A DNA stretch of 64,000 bases from Octopus sinensis (taxonomy: Eukaryota). Shown piece after piece: positions 1 to 12,200 of this stretch (the stretch's first letter is position 1; each line of letters opens with the position of its first letter). The notes under the pieces were generated by a model. The model saw nothing but the letters and a program-made list of their open reading frames with translations. It had not been told where the DNA came from and did not search any database. Made by a program: the position numbers and the translations under genes. The stretch covers positions 1,054,001 through 1,118,000 of the forward strand of contig NC_043013.1 in the NCBI RefSeq assembly GCF_006345805.1. The letters are read 5' to 3'.

Positions 1-9
1 AGTGAAACA

Positions 10-311
10 TTAAAAGCATCATCCGAGTGTGATCATTGCCAGTGCCACCGGACTGGCTCCTGTGCAGGTGGCACATTAAAAACACCTTTGAGCATGGGTG
101 TTGCCAGTACCGCCTGACTGGCCCTCATGCTGGTGGCACGTAAAAGCACCCACTACACTCTCAGAGAGGTTGGCGTTAGGAAGGGCATCCAGCAGTAGAA
201 ACTTTGCCAGATCAGATTGGAGCCTGGTGCAGCCTTCTGGCTCGCCAGTCCTCAGTCAAACTGTCCAACCCATACCAGCATGAAAAGCGGATGTTAAACA
301 ATGACGATGAT
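10..311 (+). repeat. RTE 3' UTR/tail copy
   Basis: ttggcgttaggaagggcatccagcagtagaaac...gttaaacaatgacgatgat. Confidence 0.83.
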
Positions 312-880
312 TTCACGGAATTGCACATGTGTTAAGTGATCCGTGATAGAAAAGACTTAGTTCACTTAAATAAAAAATACACTTTTCACAATCCAATCAC
401 CACCACCTCCATCATCATATCTTTCTCTCTCTCTTTTTTTCTTTAACCTCACCATCAGAATATCACCCCTCTGCTAAAATTATTACGTCCCCCCCACTCT
501 ACCTCACATCATGGACATTTCTCTCTCTTTCCCTTCCACCAATAATGTGAAAGCATTACAATTACATTTCCTCTACCTCACGTCATGGACACTTCTCTCT
601 CCCTCTTTTTCTCTCATCACATGAAAGTGTTACCAACAGGCTAAGTAATGCAACAACAAGCAGAATTATTATAAGATTAATCATGCATCAACATGTAGTT
701 TTCAAAGTCCAATGATGTGATTGTTAATTTTTAGAATGACATTATAGGATAAGTATGGGAGGCCCGATCTGGCTAATTTGAATATAAAAGGATATTTGGG
801 CTGGATATGGGGGCCCAGTTTAAATGCTAATTAATAGCTATAGGCAAATAACAAAAAGTAGGGCAATAAAATAAACTCAC

Positions 881-1009
881 CTCTCGAATAAGATCTTTAT
901 GTGATTCTAATACTTTTAGAATAGTTAACTCTGCATAATCTTTAAATCGAGTTGGTTGGTTGTGCAAAATGTCTCTTAATACACACAAAGTGAGGCCTCG
1001 AATTTTATA
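881..1009 (-). CDS. CLASP: CLASP exon, C-terminal domain
   Basis: cag|129 nt|gtgagt; YKIRGLTLCVLRDILHNQPTRFKDYAELTILKVLESHKDLIRE. Confidence 0.94.
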
Positions 1010-4000
1010 CTGAAAGGAAAAACAACAATAATAAGTCATCAGAGACGCAATTTGGAAGTAAAAGATTTTTGAACCGGAATAAGAAAAAAAGAAAAGTGTA
1101 ACAAAACAATACTGACATCATCATCAGCTAAAGTTTCCAGAAGAATTAACAAAACTGGTTTGAAATGCTTGTCCCATAACTCTGTTTTTCCGTCTATAGC
1201 TAGCTTCATTAGTAAATGCATTGCATTCTTTCTCTCATCGTTGCTGGTGTAGAAAAGAAAAAAAAGGATATCAGAATTATATATATGAATCTATAATTCA
1301 AGCTGGGGTGGAGAGTTGTGAAATTATTAAAATTCATAAAACTGGGGCATCTTTATAAGACAATCAATTGAAGCAGGGGATTAAAAAAAACCAAAAGTCA
1401 TTGGGAGATTTTTAGTCTTCTTCCAGGAGAAGAGAGTTGGGAAAATGAGCAGGTTTTGAAGACATTCTTTGATAGTTTTCTGCATTAGTTTGAGGGAGAC
1501 TCTAAGATGTGATGGATGGATGAAATTGGGAGATATGAGATCAAAAACACTAATGCTTATAATGTGAGCAGACAACATAGTAATATATTACATGTGATAT
1601 CATCAAATATCTGATAGCATTCAACCAAATCAAGAATGTTATTTCAGTAAACAAAACAAATATAAAAATCATCATTTAATATGTTTCCCATGCTGGCATG
1701 GGTTGGACAGTTTGAGAGGAGCTGGCAAATCAGAGGATGGCACCAAACTTTACTGCCTGCTTTGGTAAGGTTTCTACAGCTGGATGCCCTTCCTAACACT
1801 GACCACTTTACAGGGTGCACTGGGTGCTTTTCCTGTGGTGCCAGCATAAGCAAGGTCACCAAGTAACTTGCATGACAGATCTCCCCCCCCACCCCATCAA
1901 CTGAGGAGAAGGAGTGAGTAATGAGAAGTTAGAGTATGAAGAGTGACACAGATATAGATATCTTGCAGTAAGGGAGACACATGGCTACTCCGGTTGTGGG
2001 GGTGGGGGTGTAAAAACAGTAGATTGAGTCAAATATTGAGCTCTTTGCAAAATAATGAAATAGTTACCGTGAATTGTGATTAGAAAGTTCTGTCAGAATT
2101 TCTTGGATTTGTTCATCTTGGTCTTGATTATTTCCTGCAACAGAATCAATCACAAGACATGTAAAGCTGGACGTGTGGCCGTAATTAACTGTACAGAAAG
2201 TTCATTAGAGGAGAAACGGTAAATGAGTGCAGAACAGACCAAGAAGGAAAACAGACACAGCATCAGCTGGTCGTTAACATAATTATGAAAACATGATGTT
2301 AAAATAATAAACATATTTATACTAAATTACAACAGAATGAAGTTGGGACATGACACAGTAAGATGGGGGGGGGGGATGATTACATACAATGATTTGTGAA
2401 GATGTCTCATAATAATCTAGTTTCTTACAAACATTACTAAACAAATAAAAATGTTCAAGTTGACAAAACAAATAAAACAAAAATGAGATGCTACATTTAT
2501 AATTACGACCAATTAACTATGAGAGTCAACAAGGAGTTCTAACATTGCACCAAAATGGAGACAAAAATAAAAAGAACCAAATATTTGATTTCTACAGCAA
2601 TCATCAAAATATTTCAACAAATACAACAGCAAATATCATACGATGAAAATCTGCCCAGCTTTACAAACTGATTGGGCAATAAAAATTTTAGGTTAAGAGA
2701 CATGATAGATCCATGCAAGTTTGTACTGAACATTGTGGATTGTCAGGAAGCAATACTTTGGTACAAACATGAAATAAAACACCACTGAAAAACAACAACA
2801 AATCTAATTGCACAGACTGGGATGGGGGGAGGGGCACTTTCCTCATGATTAAACTATTTCGATTCCTTACACAAGATGCAATGGTAATGGTGTTAGTAAG
2901 ACTATTCCACAGCTATGTAAAGAGAGATTGTCACTTAAAAGACACTAATATCAATGAATCATGCAAAACATGCAAGTGGAACAACATCTGTGAAATTATC
3001 TCGATAAAACCCCGAGTAAAGGGAAAGCAGTTTGAAAACATGTTGGTTAAGCCAACAGCAGAAACTCGGCTTGAAAGCAGCAACACAAACCTATGGAGGT
3101 TAAATCCTAAAGTGTTAACATCAATTCTACAAAACAATAGATTAGTGGAGCAAATCTTAGACAAAAAGATCCTCACATTTAAGTAGCAAAATAAAAACAA
3201 ACAAACAGCAAAACTAAAGGTCAATTCAGTTTTATATTTAAGAGATGAGGAATTATTTACATTATTTACATTTGACAGATATTTGTCCTCATCTTGTTTG
3301 TTGTAAACACAACGCTTTGGCTGATATACCCTCCAGCCTTCATCAGGTGTCTTGGGGGAAATTTTGAACCTGGTTCAAGAGGTTGTCTTCATTACTTAAG
3401 AAAATGACCAGAGATGATGATAGAAAGAGAATCCAACAAGATCCGGAAAAGTGGTACATGAAAGAATTTGAAATGGTGAAGACACGCCGGATTAAGATTA
3501 AGACACCAGATTAAGAAGTTTATGAAAACTCAAAGGTCAGAGAATGAAGGCTGAAGTCTGTCACTCATCTGTGAAAGCAGTAACTGATGTAAGTAGCTGA
3601 CATCTAGAAAGCTCTGAAGAAGCAGTACTGAACAAAGGTCTCAATTTTGCGACAACCATCAAGCGCATTCCATACTTGGACATAATAGCTCCTATTGAAG
3701 AGATAGCCATAAAGATACCAAAAGCTCAGGGAGATGAACTAAGGTGGAAAGTGAGACAGGTACTAGAAAAAGCGAAACTTCCCACACCAAACATCACTAA
3801 GGAAGAAACAGTCACTATTAAAAGACTTCAGAGTGACAATTCCATCATAATACTTCCAGTGGACAAGGGAAATGCTATAGTGGTGATGAACAAGTCTGAT
3901 TATTTGGAAAACTGGCAAGTCTTATAAGTGATGGTAGCTACCACAAAGTAAAGAAAGACCCTACTTTGAAAACAGAGAGGAAGTTGTCACAGATCTTGAT

Positions 4001-7000
4001 CAAGAACAAGGATCAGTTTACACCAATGAAGTACAGACAGCTGACTCAACATCACAGTAAACTACCACACATGTACAGTCTTCCTAAGATTCACAAGGAT
4101 GGTATTCCATTAAGACATATAGTGAGCTGTAGAGATTCAGCATGTCATCCACTGGGCCGCTTCCTTGTGGATATAATCAGTCCATTAGCAGGAAAGTCAA
4201 CATCATACGTGAAGAATTCCACCCACTTCACAGAATTGATCAAGGATACCCCCCTTGAATCCAACCAGATGTGATAAGCCTGTTCACCAAAGTCCCAACT
4301 GGTGAAGCACTATCGGTGATACAAGGAAAACTAGTGACACCCATCAAAAAGAACGCATTAGTAAACCAATAAGAAACTTGATGGAAATGGTGACCTTCTG
4401 TGTTGAAACTACCTACTTCAGTATGGACACTGATATACATCGACGAGAAGAGGATTTAGCTATGGGTTCGCCATTATCACCGATAATAGCCAATATATAC
4501 ATGGAATACTTTGAGAATTTGGCTTTAGGATCAACTAAAACCAACCCTATGTCTGCGATATGTTGATGGCACCTTCATATTCTGGCCCCACCAGGAAGAT
4601 GTCCAAGTGCTGTTAGATCATGTGAAGTCAATAAAGCCATCCATACAGTTCACAATGGAAAAGGAAACAGACAAGCAGTTGGCATTCTTGGACGTATTAA
4701 TAACACGCACCAAATATGGATTCAGGACCTCCGTATGCCGCAAGCCGACCTTCACTGGACAATACCTCAACTTCAAATCCCACCATCCATACAGTGTAAA
4801 GAGAGGGATGGCTCAGTGCCTAAAACATTGAGCAATGAATATAAGTAGCGATCGTGATACCCACCACGAAGAAATGATCAAGCTCTGTAATAATCTATTA
4901 AGCAACAACTACCCCAAAAACATACTCTCCCCTCTAATTATGAAGAAAATAGAAGATGAAACCAATAAACTGTCCATAGTCTGTCTACCCTATGTGAAAG
5001 GCCTCTCCGAAAAGATACAAAAGATATGCAGCCCATATGACATCAGGACAGTATTCAAGAGTAATACAACACTTTGCAAATATCTCCTTCGAGTAAAACC
5101 ACCAATAAAAGAGAATATGATCAAAAACTGTGTGTACTCCATCTCATGCAGCTGTGGTAGGTTATACAAAGGCGAAACATGCAAAATAAGGGTAGAGGAA
5201 CATTGCAAAACTGTGATACAGGGAGATATTGATAAATCGGGTATAGCTGATCATGTATGGAAAAATGGAGATCTCCCCAACACACACACCTTTGGGATGA
5301 AGTTAAAATAATAGACAAAACACCACTGGAAAATACGAAAACTAAAAGCAGCAGCACATATACTAGGACACAACAACCTCCTAAGCAGACCGAGTGCAGA
5401 TATGAATAACATATGGGAACCAGTATTAAGGAAGGATAGGAGAATATTAGATTTATAAGCCTTAAAATTCACTCCATTATTGCCCACAGGCATATGGCAT
5501 AGTGGTTAAGAGCGCAGGCAACTAACCCCAATATTCCATGTTCGATTCCAGGCAGTGACCTGAATAATAACATTGAAAAATACCTTAGGAGTGAGATTCC
5601 AGGTTCAAAATTTGCCCACACCTGATGAAGGCTGGAGGATGTGTTAACAACAAACACGATGAGGACAAATATCCGTCAAATGCAAATAATATAAATGTCA
5701 ATTAGTCAATCTTTTAATCTTACACAGGCATGACAGAGTGTATGACTATTCATATTTAGTGGTATCTAGCAATAGTAACATTAGTTTAAGATAGAGAAAA
5801 TTGTAAGTTGTGATGTTCACACCTTTCCCATTGTAAGATAAATGAAAACAGATACAACTAGTAACCAAAACCAGGCCATAGACTTTGCTCGTCAGCAGCT
5901 TTTCTCTTTTCAAAGACAGAGCAACTACGTTTGCAGAAACCATAATGGAGAGATGAGGACAAACAAAGGATGACAAGAGAAGTATGAAGATGTGAGCTGT
6001 TGAGAAAAAGAAAAGATCAGCTTTTGTCATATAAACATCACAGTCTAAAAGAGAAATATTGAATGACTAAGATCAAAATTAAGAAGGATTATGGTTTGTA
6101 AAGATAACAGGATTTGAAAGGATTCATATTTCTAATTAGGCTGGAAGGGACTGAAGGTCAGTTTTTGGCAACTGGCAGTGAATGACTCACACACAAACGG
6201 AGGCACATGCACACTAATACACAAACACACAGGTGTGTGCATCTACACACACACACACACAAGTCTGTAGGAGCAGAATAACAGCTGTCATAAATACTGA
6301 AAATGTATGAGGGTCAAAAATGCTACACACAGACTGCAGCCATTATTACCCAGCTGACATTAGACTATTCAGAAGATGAAGCATGAAAAGTGAGAGACAT
6401 AATGGGGGGAAAATCAGAGAAGAGATCAAATCTGTTGGACTGTCAATTAATCAGAAAATTAAAAATATAATTGTTTATTAAACAGGTCTATAAATTTGAA
6501 AGAAAATGATTTTTAATTGCAGTGAATGAGAAAACAATAACTGCAACATAAAGTAATTATTATTATTTGATACAATTTAATATTTCTGTGATATGAATGA
6601 ATCTTTGAGAAAATAGAAAAATATGAGTTGAATAAGGACACTTCTTGGAAAGAAAAAAAATGAACATGTTAGATTCTGAAAATTACTATTTGTAAATCTC
6701 ACAACGAGAGATATTCAGCAACAGTAGTTTGGAGTAAAGGTTGTTTGCCAATACAACATGGCAGTCCTGATTTAGGACGAATGTTGCTGTAATTTAGCCC
6801 CAGGAGACATCGTCTCCAGCTAACTATGTGACACGATCAGTGTCCTTATATTTTCAAACAAGGGAATCTAGCACCCCCTCTCAGCTCAAAAAATAGTAAT
6901 TTTCTAATTTATAGATCAGTGACTTAGTTGTCACTTTGAAAACTATATATATTTTGAACAGGAATTTGGCAGCGCCACCTCTAGCCGAACAATTATTCTG

Positions 7001-8537
7001 TGCTGATGAAGAGAAATAACCTGGAAATCACAATACACAGATATTGTTTTGAACTGAGTGGGGGGTGCTAGATATAAGGACACAGATCATGTCATTTAGC
7101 CAGCTGGAGACGGTCTCCTGGGGCTAAATTACAGCAACATTCATCCTAAACCAGGACTGCCATGTTATGTTGGCAAACAATCTTTACTCCATGTTAGATT
7201 TTGTAAGGCACCTGAGTAGCACAGACAAGGCAGTTAATTTTCCTTTTAGCAATTTTAAAGGCTTTGTAAAGTTTGAAAAATCAAATTAAATTGTATATTG
7301 ACAATAATATTTCCTTGGGAGAGAAAAAACCCTATCTGAAACCATGTCTTCTTAAAAATACAGTCAAAAGAGTAGGTTTTAAAAAAATGTAGAAAGTTCT
7401 TATTATTTCCTTACTTTGACATAATTTATAACCTATTTAAATATGTAAATCATATTTTATCAAATATTTCCAATTTGTAGAACTAAAATAAATCTAAATT
7501 TATTTTCTGGAAATTAAAAAAGAAAAATGATTATACAAAAAGAAAAAAGTGTAACCCAATTTAATTCGATTGTATCAAATGGCATGCCTTTAAAACGCAC
7601 ACATCCACACACCAGAGAGATGACAACATTCTAAACCAAAACAGCTTCCCAATGTTCTAACAGAGTGAATGTTAGTAAAAAAAAAAACTGTACCATAATG
7701 AAATGGAAGAGATAAAGATAATAGGGAGTGGAAATTGTACAGGATTAAAGAAAAGAGAACGTTTATGTAAAAAAAAAAAAAATGTTGGGGAAGAAATCTC
7801 ACCACATTCGGTGACCGGTATGCCCAGCAGTGACTTCCAGGGAGCTAGTTAAAATAGGAGGGCACAATTTTATTATTATCCATAATCACAAATAAATAAA
7901 TAATAAAAAAAAAAAAACTAATTTTGGATTTCTTCTTTGAGCTAAAACATATGTAAACAGTTTAATCATTTAAAACTATTTTAAAAATAAATGTTGTTGT
8001 TTTGTTAGTGCATGCTAATTTAGATATTTTATCTTGATGTTTGGTGACAACAAGTCTCCTCAAATCTCAAGAATCTTTCTTAGAATTCTTGAAGAATATA
8101 AGATGCTATTTTTCTGCTGGTCAACAATCTCTTTCAGTTCTTTAGGTAGCATTCTGGCTGTTGTGCCAAGGACACCAATTACTATAGGAAGAACTGCTGT
8201 CTTAGTCTTCCACACTCTGGCTAAATCCCGATATTTCTTAAATTTTTTCAATTTCTTTTGGCATCAACTCTGCTAACATAGGGAATTGGAAAATCTATTA
8301 TTATTATTATCATTATTATTATTAAGGCAGCAAGTTGGCGGAAACATTAGCATGCCAGGCAAAATGCTTAGCGGTATTTCGTCTGCCATTACATTCTGAG
8401 TTCAAATTCCGCCGAGGTTGACTTTGCCTTTCATCCTTTTGGAGTCAATAAATTATGTACCAGTGGAACACTGGATTCAACGTAATCGTCTAGCCCCCAC
8501 CCCCAAAATTTCAGGCTTTGTGCCTACAGTAGAAAGG

Positions 8538-8570
<33 letters not shown>

Positions 8571-9215
8571 TCTACTGCATATTTATATACTGTCATCATC
8601 TGTCAGAATATAAAACAATAACTGCAAGGCATCTTCCCCTGGCATTGATTTCCATCAATTAAATAAGCTCCAGTATTTAACTGGTATTTTATTTATGTCA
8701 GCCGAAGGAGGAGAAACAGCTACATTATGACTCCCAACTTGTCCACTAGTAACTAAGTATGCAGTATGCACTCTTAAAGTCATTTACCAGATATGTATAA
8801 GAAGTTGGTTCTGCCTGTTGAAGACAAGCATAATGTGAGTAAAATGGAAAAGGTGGGAAACGTTTTTATTAGATGAGAGCCAGAGATTTCTGAGGATGTT
8901 TTAACTGCTTTTTCAACAATGAAGAGAATACATGTTCCTAGGTCCAACAGCTTCACAACACCCTAAATATACCCGTCTTCAACTAAAGGGATACAGAAGA
9001 GATGCAAGTACTTTGAACTCCCATTAATAAATAAGGACAATATATGAATTAGGGATTTGTTGGTTGGAGTTGTTAAATAAACAAAACAATTAAAATGCTT
9101 TAATGTTTCGATGGAAGTTAAATGTTGATTTATTTTGATAATTTGTTGCAAGATGGATATGAAGGCATGAAATCATTTTCAGATAAATATATTTCATTGG
9201 ACATGACAATAAACA

Positions 9216-9256
<41 letters not shown>

Positions 9257-12200
9257 ACACACACAAACACACACACACAAACAAACAAACACATACATAC
9301 ATAAAGAATGAAAGAACTCTGATGATCACAGACTGCAACAAATAAGACATTTTCAGATTAAGTTTCAAAAATAAATACTTTTTTTCTTTTTTTGAAATGT
9401 GTTAAGAGAGGTTGGCTTACCTTCATTAAATAGCTCATTGTCTACATCCAGCATAGCACCAGAAAGTGTTGTTCTGTTGTATCCATTTAAAGTATGCTGC
9501 AGAAAGATTTGTGGAGAACGTTACCATCATCACTTTTAATTGACACAGGTAGAAAAAGAGATGTAATGAAAAACAGGTACGGCAAAGAATAAGGAGGGTG
9601 ATTAAGTAAATCAGGAATAATCTGAGAACTTCTTGGAAGGCAAGAAATTCAATAGAATTTAAGATTTAAAAAGAAAAAACATGACAAAAAAATAATAAAA
9701 ACAGTAAAACATAGGTTGGAAACAAAATATTCTTTAGTCTATGAAGATCAAGACTGAAGATTGTAACTTAACAAGATTCTTCAAAGAATTCGAGCCAATG
9801 TGGGAGACTGTGTTGTTTGCTCTGCTACAAACAAAAGATAAATCCCCATTAAATCTCTACCTTTTAAAAGTGGACACATTGAATAATGTAGTAGTCCTAG
9901 AAACACTCTTCTGAATGGGATGGAAGCCCTCTGATTATAGATTCACTGGATCAGAGCAGATTTGGTGCTAAATCTCCTAAAGTGGTTTCTCAGTGTCGTT
10001 CTCCAAGAAAGAATTGAGATTACAAGACAATAAGTTGATGAAACATTCATCATGTATATATTGTGGCAAGATATACCCATGGTTCCTATTTAGCACTAAG
10101 TTGAATGTGTCATCACTGAATCTACAGAATATAAACCAACTCGTCTTTTGACTGGGACAAAGTAATCTCAATAAATTTTGAAAGTAAAATTTGAAGAGAT
10201 TAATGTTTGGAATATAACAAAGATTATTCCATACAATTCTAATGGAAGGTTTTAATTTAAATATGAACATTGTAAAACAAACAGATTTGCATTAGGAGCC
10301 GCCAGACGGGTTGCTTGAATGAAAAAAGGAAGATTTAGAAACATGAGTCAATTTATACTCTTCTTTCTATTCAATAGACCAGTGGTTTTCAACCAGGGTT
10401 CCACGGAACCTTAGGGTTCCGCCAGTACAATCCAAGGGTTCCGCAAGAAGTTACAAAACTGCTAAAATCGGCTGTAATTTTTAATTCTCCTGTGCAGATA
10501 TGTGTGCATAAGACTATTAAATTATTGCACAGGGGTTCCTCGAGCCAGTGGAATGTTTCCTTGGGGTTCCGCTCCAGCAAAAAGGTTGAAAAACGCTACA
10601 ATAGACCAATGTCGAAGTGCTTAGAATCAAATAATTACCTCATCTTGGTAGTGTGAAGGGTTATAAAACGTTTTACGAGGATCAGAAACGTCAGGACTGT
10701 CATTCCGAAGGTCTTGAATACCACTATCTTGAGAAGTAAATTCTTTCTTTTTCTTTACATCATCAAAATGGTCTAATTTACTGTTATAGCTAAGGTTTTG
10801 TATATCGGCAGACGTTTTCTTTATAGAGTTATAGATATCCTGAGGATTCATGTTCTCTGTTTCATACTCATCTGGCTCACCAGATCTGCAGCAAAACAAA
10901 AACACAAAACAAACCAAATTACTACAGATTTCAGCAAATTCTCATTAAAAACTATACAAATACAATTTATGTCACAAGGAAGTTGATCGAGTAATGGCAG
11001 TAAAAAGTGGACTAAGTTAAATTTATTTTTTTAATTAAAATTCCTTCAATTTTAACTCATAAAAATATGTCAATATAAGTTAACTATTGTAAAAAATATA
11101 TAGTCTTAAGTTATTATGGAAAAAGCTTCACAACCAAAAGCTTTTAGTCTAATTACACAAAACAATAGAAAAGTCCTCTGAAATCTCCTAATTTAGCTTG
11201 CAATTTTTTATCTCCCAATTCTTTGTAAATTACATATAGGAGTTTAAATGAAGGACAAATAAATACAAAAGACTATAAATAATAATAATAATAATGCAGA
11301 TTATACCTGGAAGGAGGACGTAAGCGAGCAACAGGGCTAGTAGCGTTACGAGGAGATAGAACATCTGAATCAGAGTGAGAACTAGCATATTTCACATGGT
11401 TATGCAAGATTTTGGTAGCACCATCCTATAGTGATAGCAAAAAAGAAAAAAAAATAATCTACAATAATCTACATAAAAAAAAAGCGGGATTGAACCCCAA
11501 AACATAGGTTTCAAGACATACAGTTACAAAACATTTAAGTAAAACGATAGTGAAATTCAAAGAAAATGAAAAACGGTAACATTATTGCCTCTTTGAAAGG
11601 CATTAGCAACATAAGTAAAGCAGTTCCAAAGATTGCAGACTGAGTTGACCAAAATACTTACCAACTCACTGAAGTACTGACCACTTAAAGAATTAAAAAT
11701 TCTAAACTTTATAAATTCTAGCACATTTCAATAAAACACAAAGAGACCAGGTAATACTTTTGATACTGTCCTCTATCTTTTAATTTCAGTTTGCCAATGA
11801 AGGAAAGCAAAGTGCTGATCCAATCAGAAATGTAGAAAAGATGTAAGGGGAAGCCAGTTGAAGCTATGTAACGGAAGTGCACAAGCAACTGTATCAGACT
11901 GGAAGTGAAGTTGTCATTGAATGTAAAAAGGAAATATCAATTGCAAAAAAGTAAAGAATTTTAATTTTCCAATAAACCAATTTTTTTTTTTTTAATGACC
12001 AGACTTTATTATGTCTGGAAAATAATAATAATAATAATAATATATAATTGCTAATAAATTCCCAGGGAAAAAAAGAGGATAGAAAAAAAGTCTTGTGTAA
12101 GAAGAAAAAAATATGAGGGGTGCAAAAAGATTTGAGTTCCAAAAAAGGGGCAGGGCTAAAGTTAAAGCAGCAATCTGGAAGGCTAATAGGAAATAAAGTC

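Larger units (their letters stand above)
3227..5700 (+). mobile_element. Penelope-like retroelement (Penelope/Poseidon type), decayed, with inverted 5' terminal repeat
   Basis: Interrupted ORF with PLE motifs LNKGLNFA, LPKIHKDGIPLRHIVS, SLFTKVP, LAMGSPLSPIIANIYME, RYVDG, FTMEKE, LAFLDV and GIY-YIG motif CVYSISCSCGRLYKGET; 3227-3378 is a reverse-complement match to the 3' repeat around 5598-5695. Confidence 0.92.

Noticed and set aside
2845-3186. 113-aa ORF upstream of the Penelope element
   Set aside because: It lies outside the element boundary at 3227, has no recognisable motif and has intron-like composition.
5488-5560. Possible tRNA gene (also at 16591-16665)
   Set aside because: A and B boxes are present but there is no acceptor stem and no downstream T-run terminator; it is embedded in a repeat unit.
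9320-9345. Other CTGATGA heptamers (also near 33304, 35725, 42464, 49188)
   Set aside because: None has a downstream stem plus GAAA and a closing helix I, so none was called a hammerhead.
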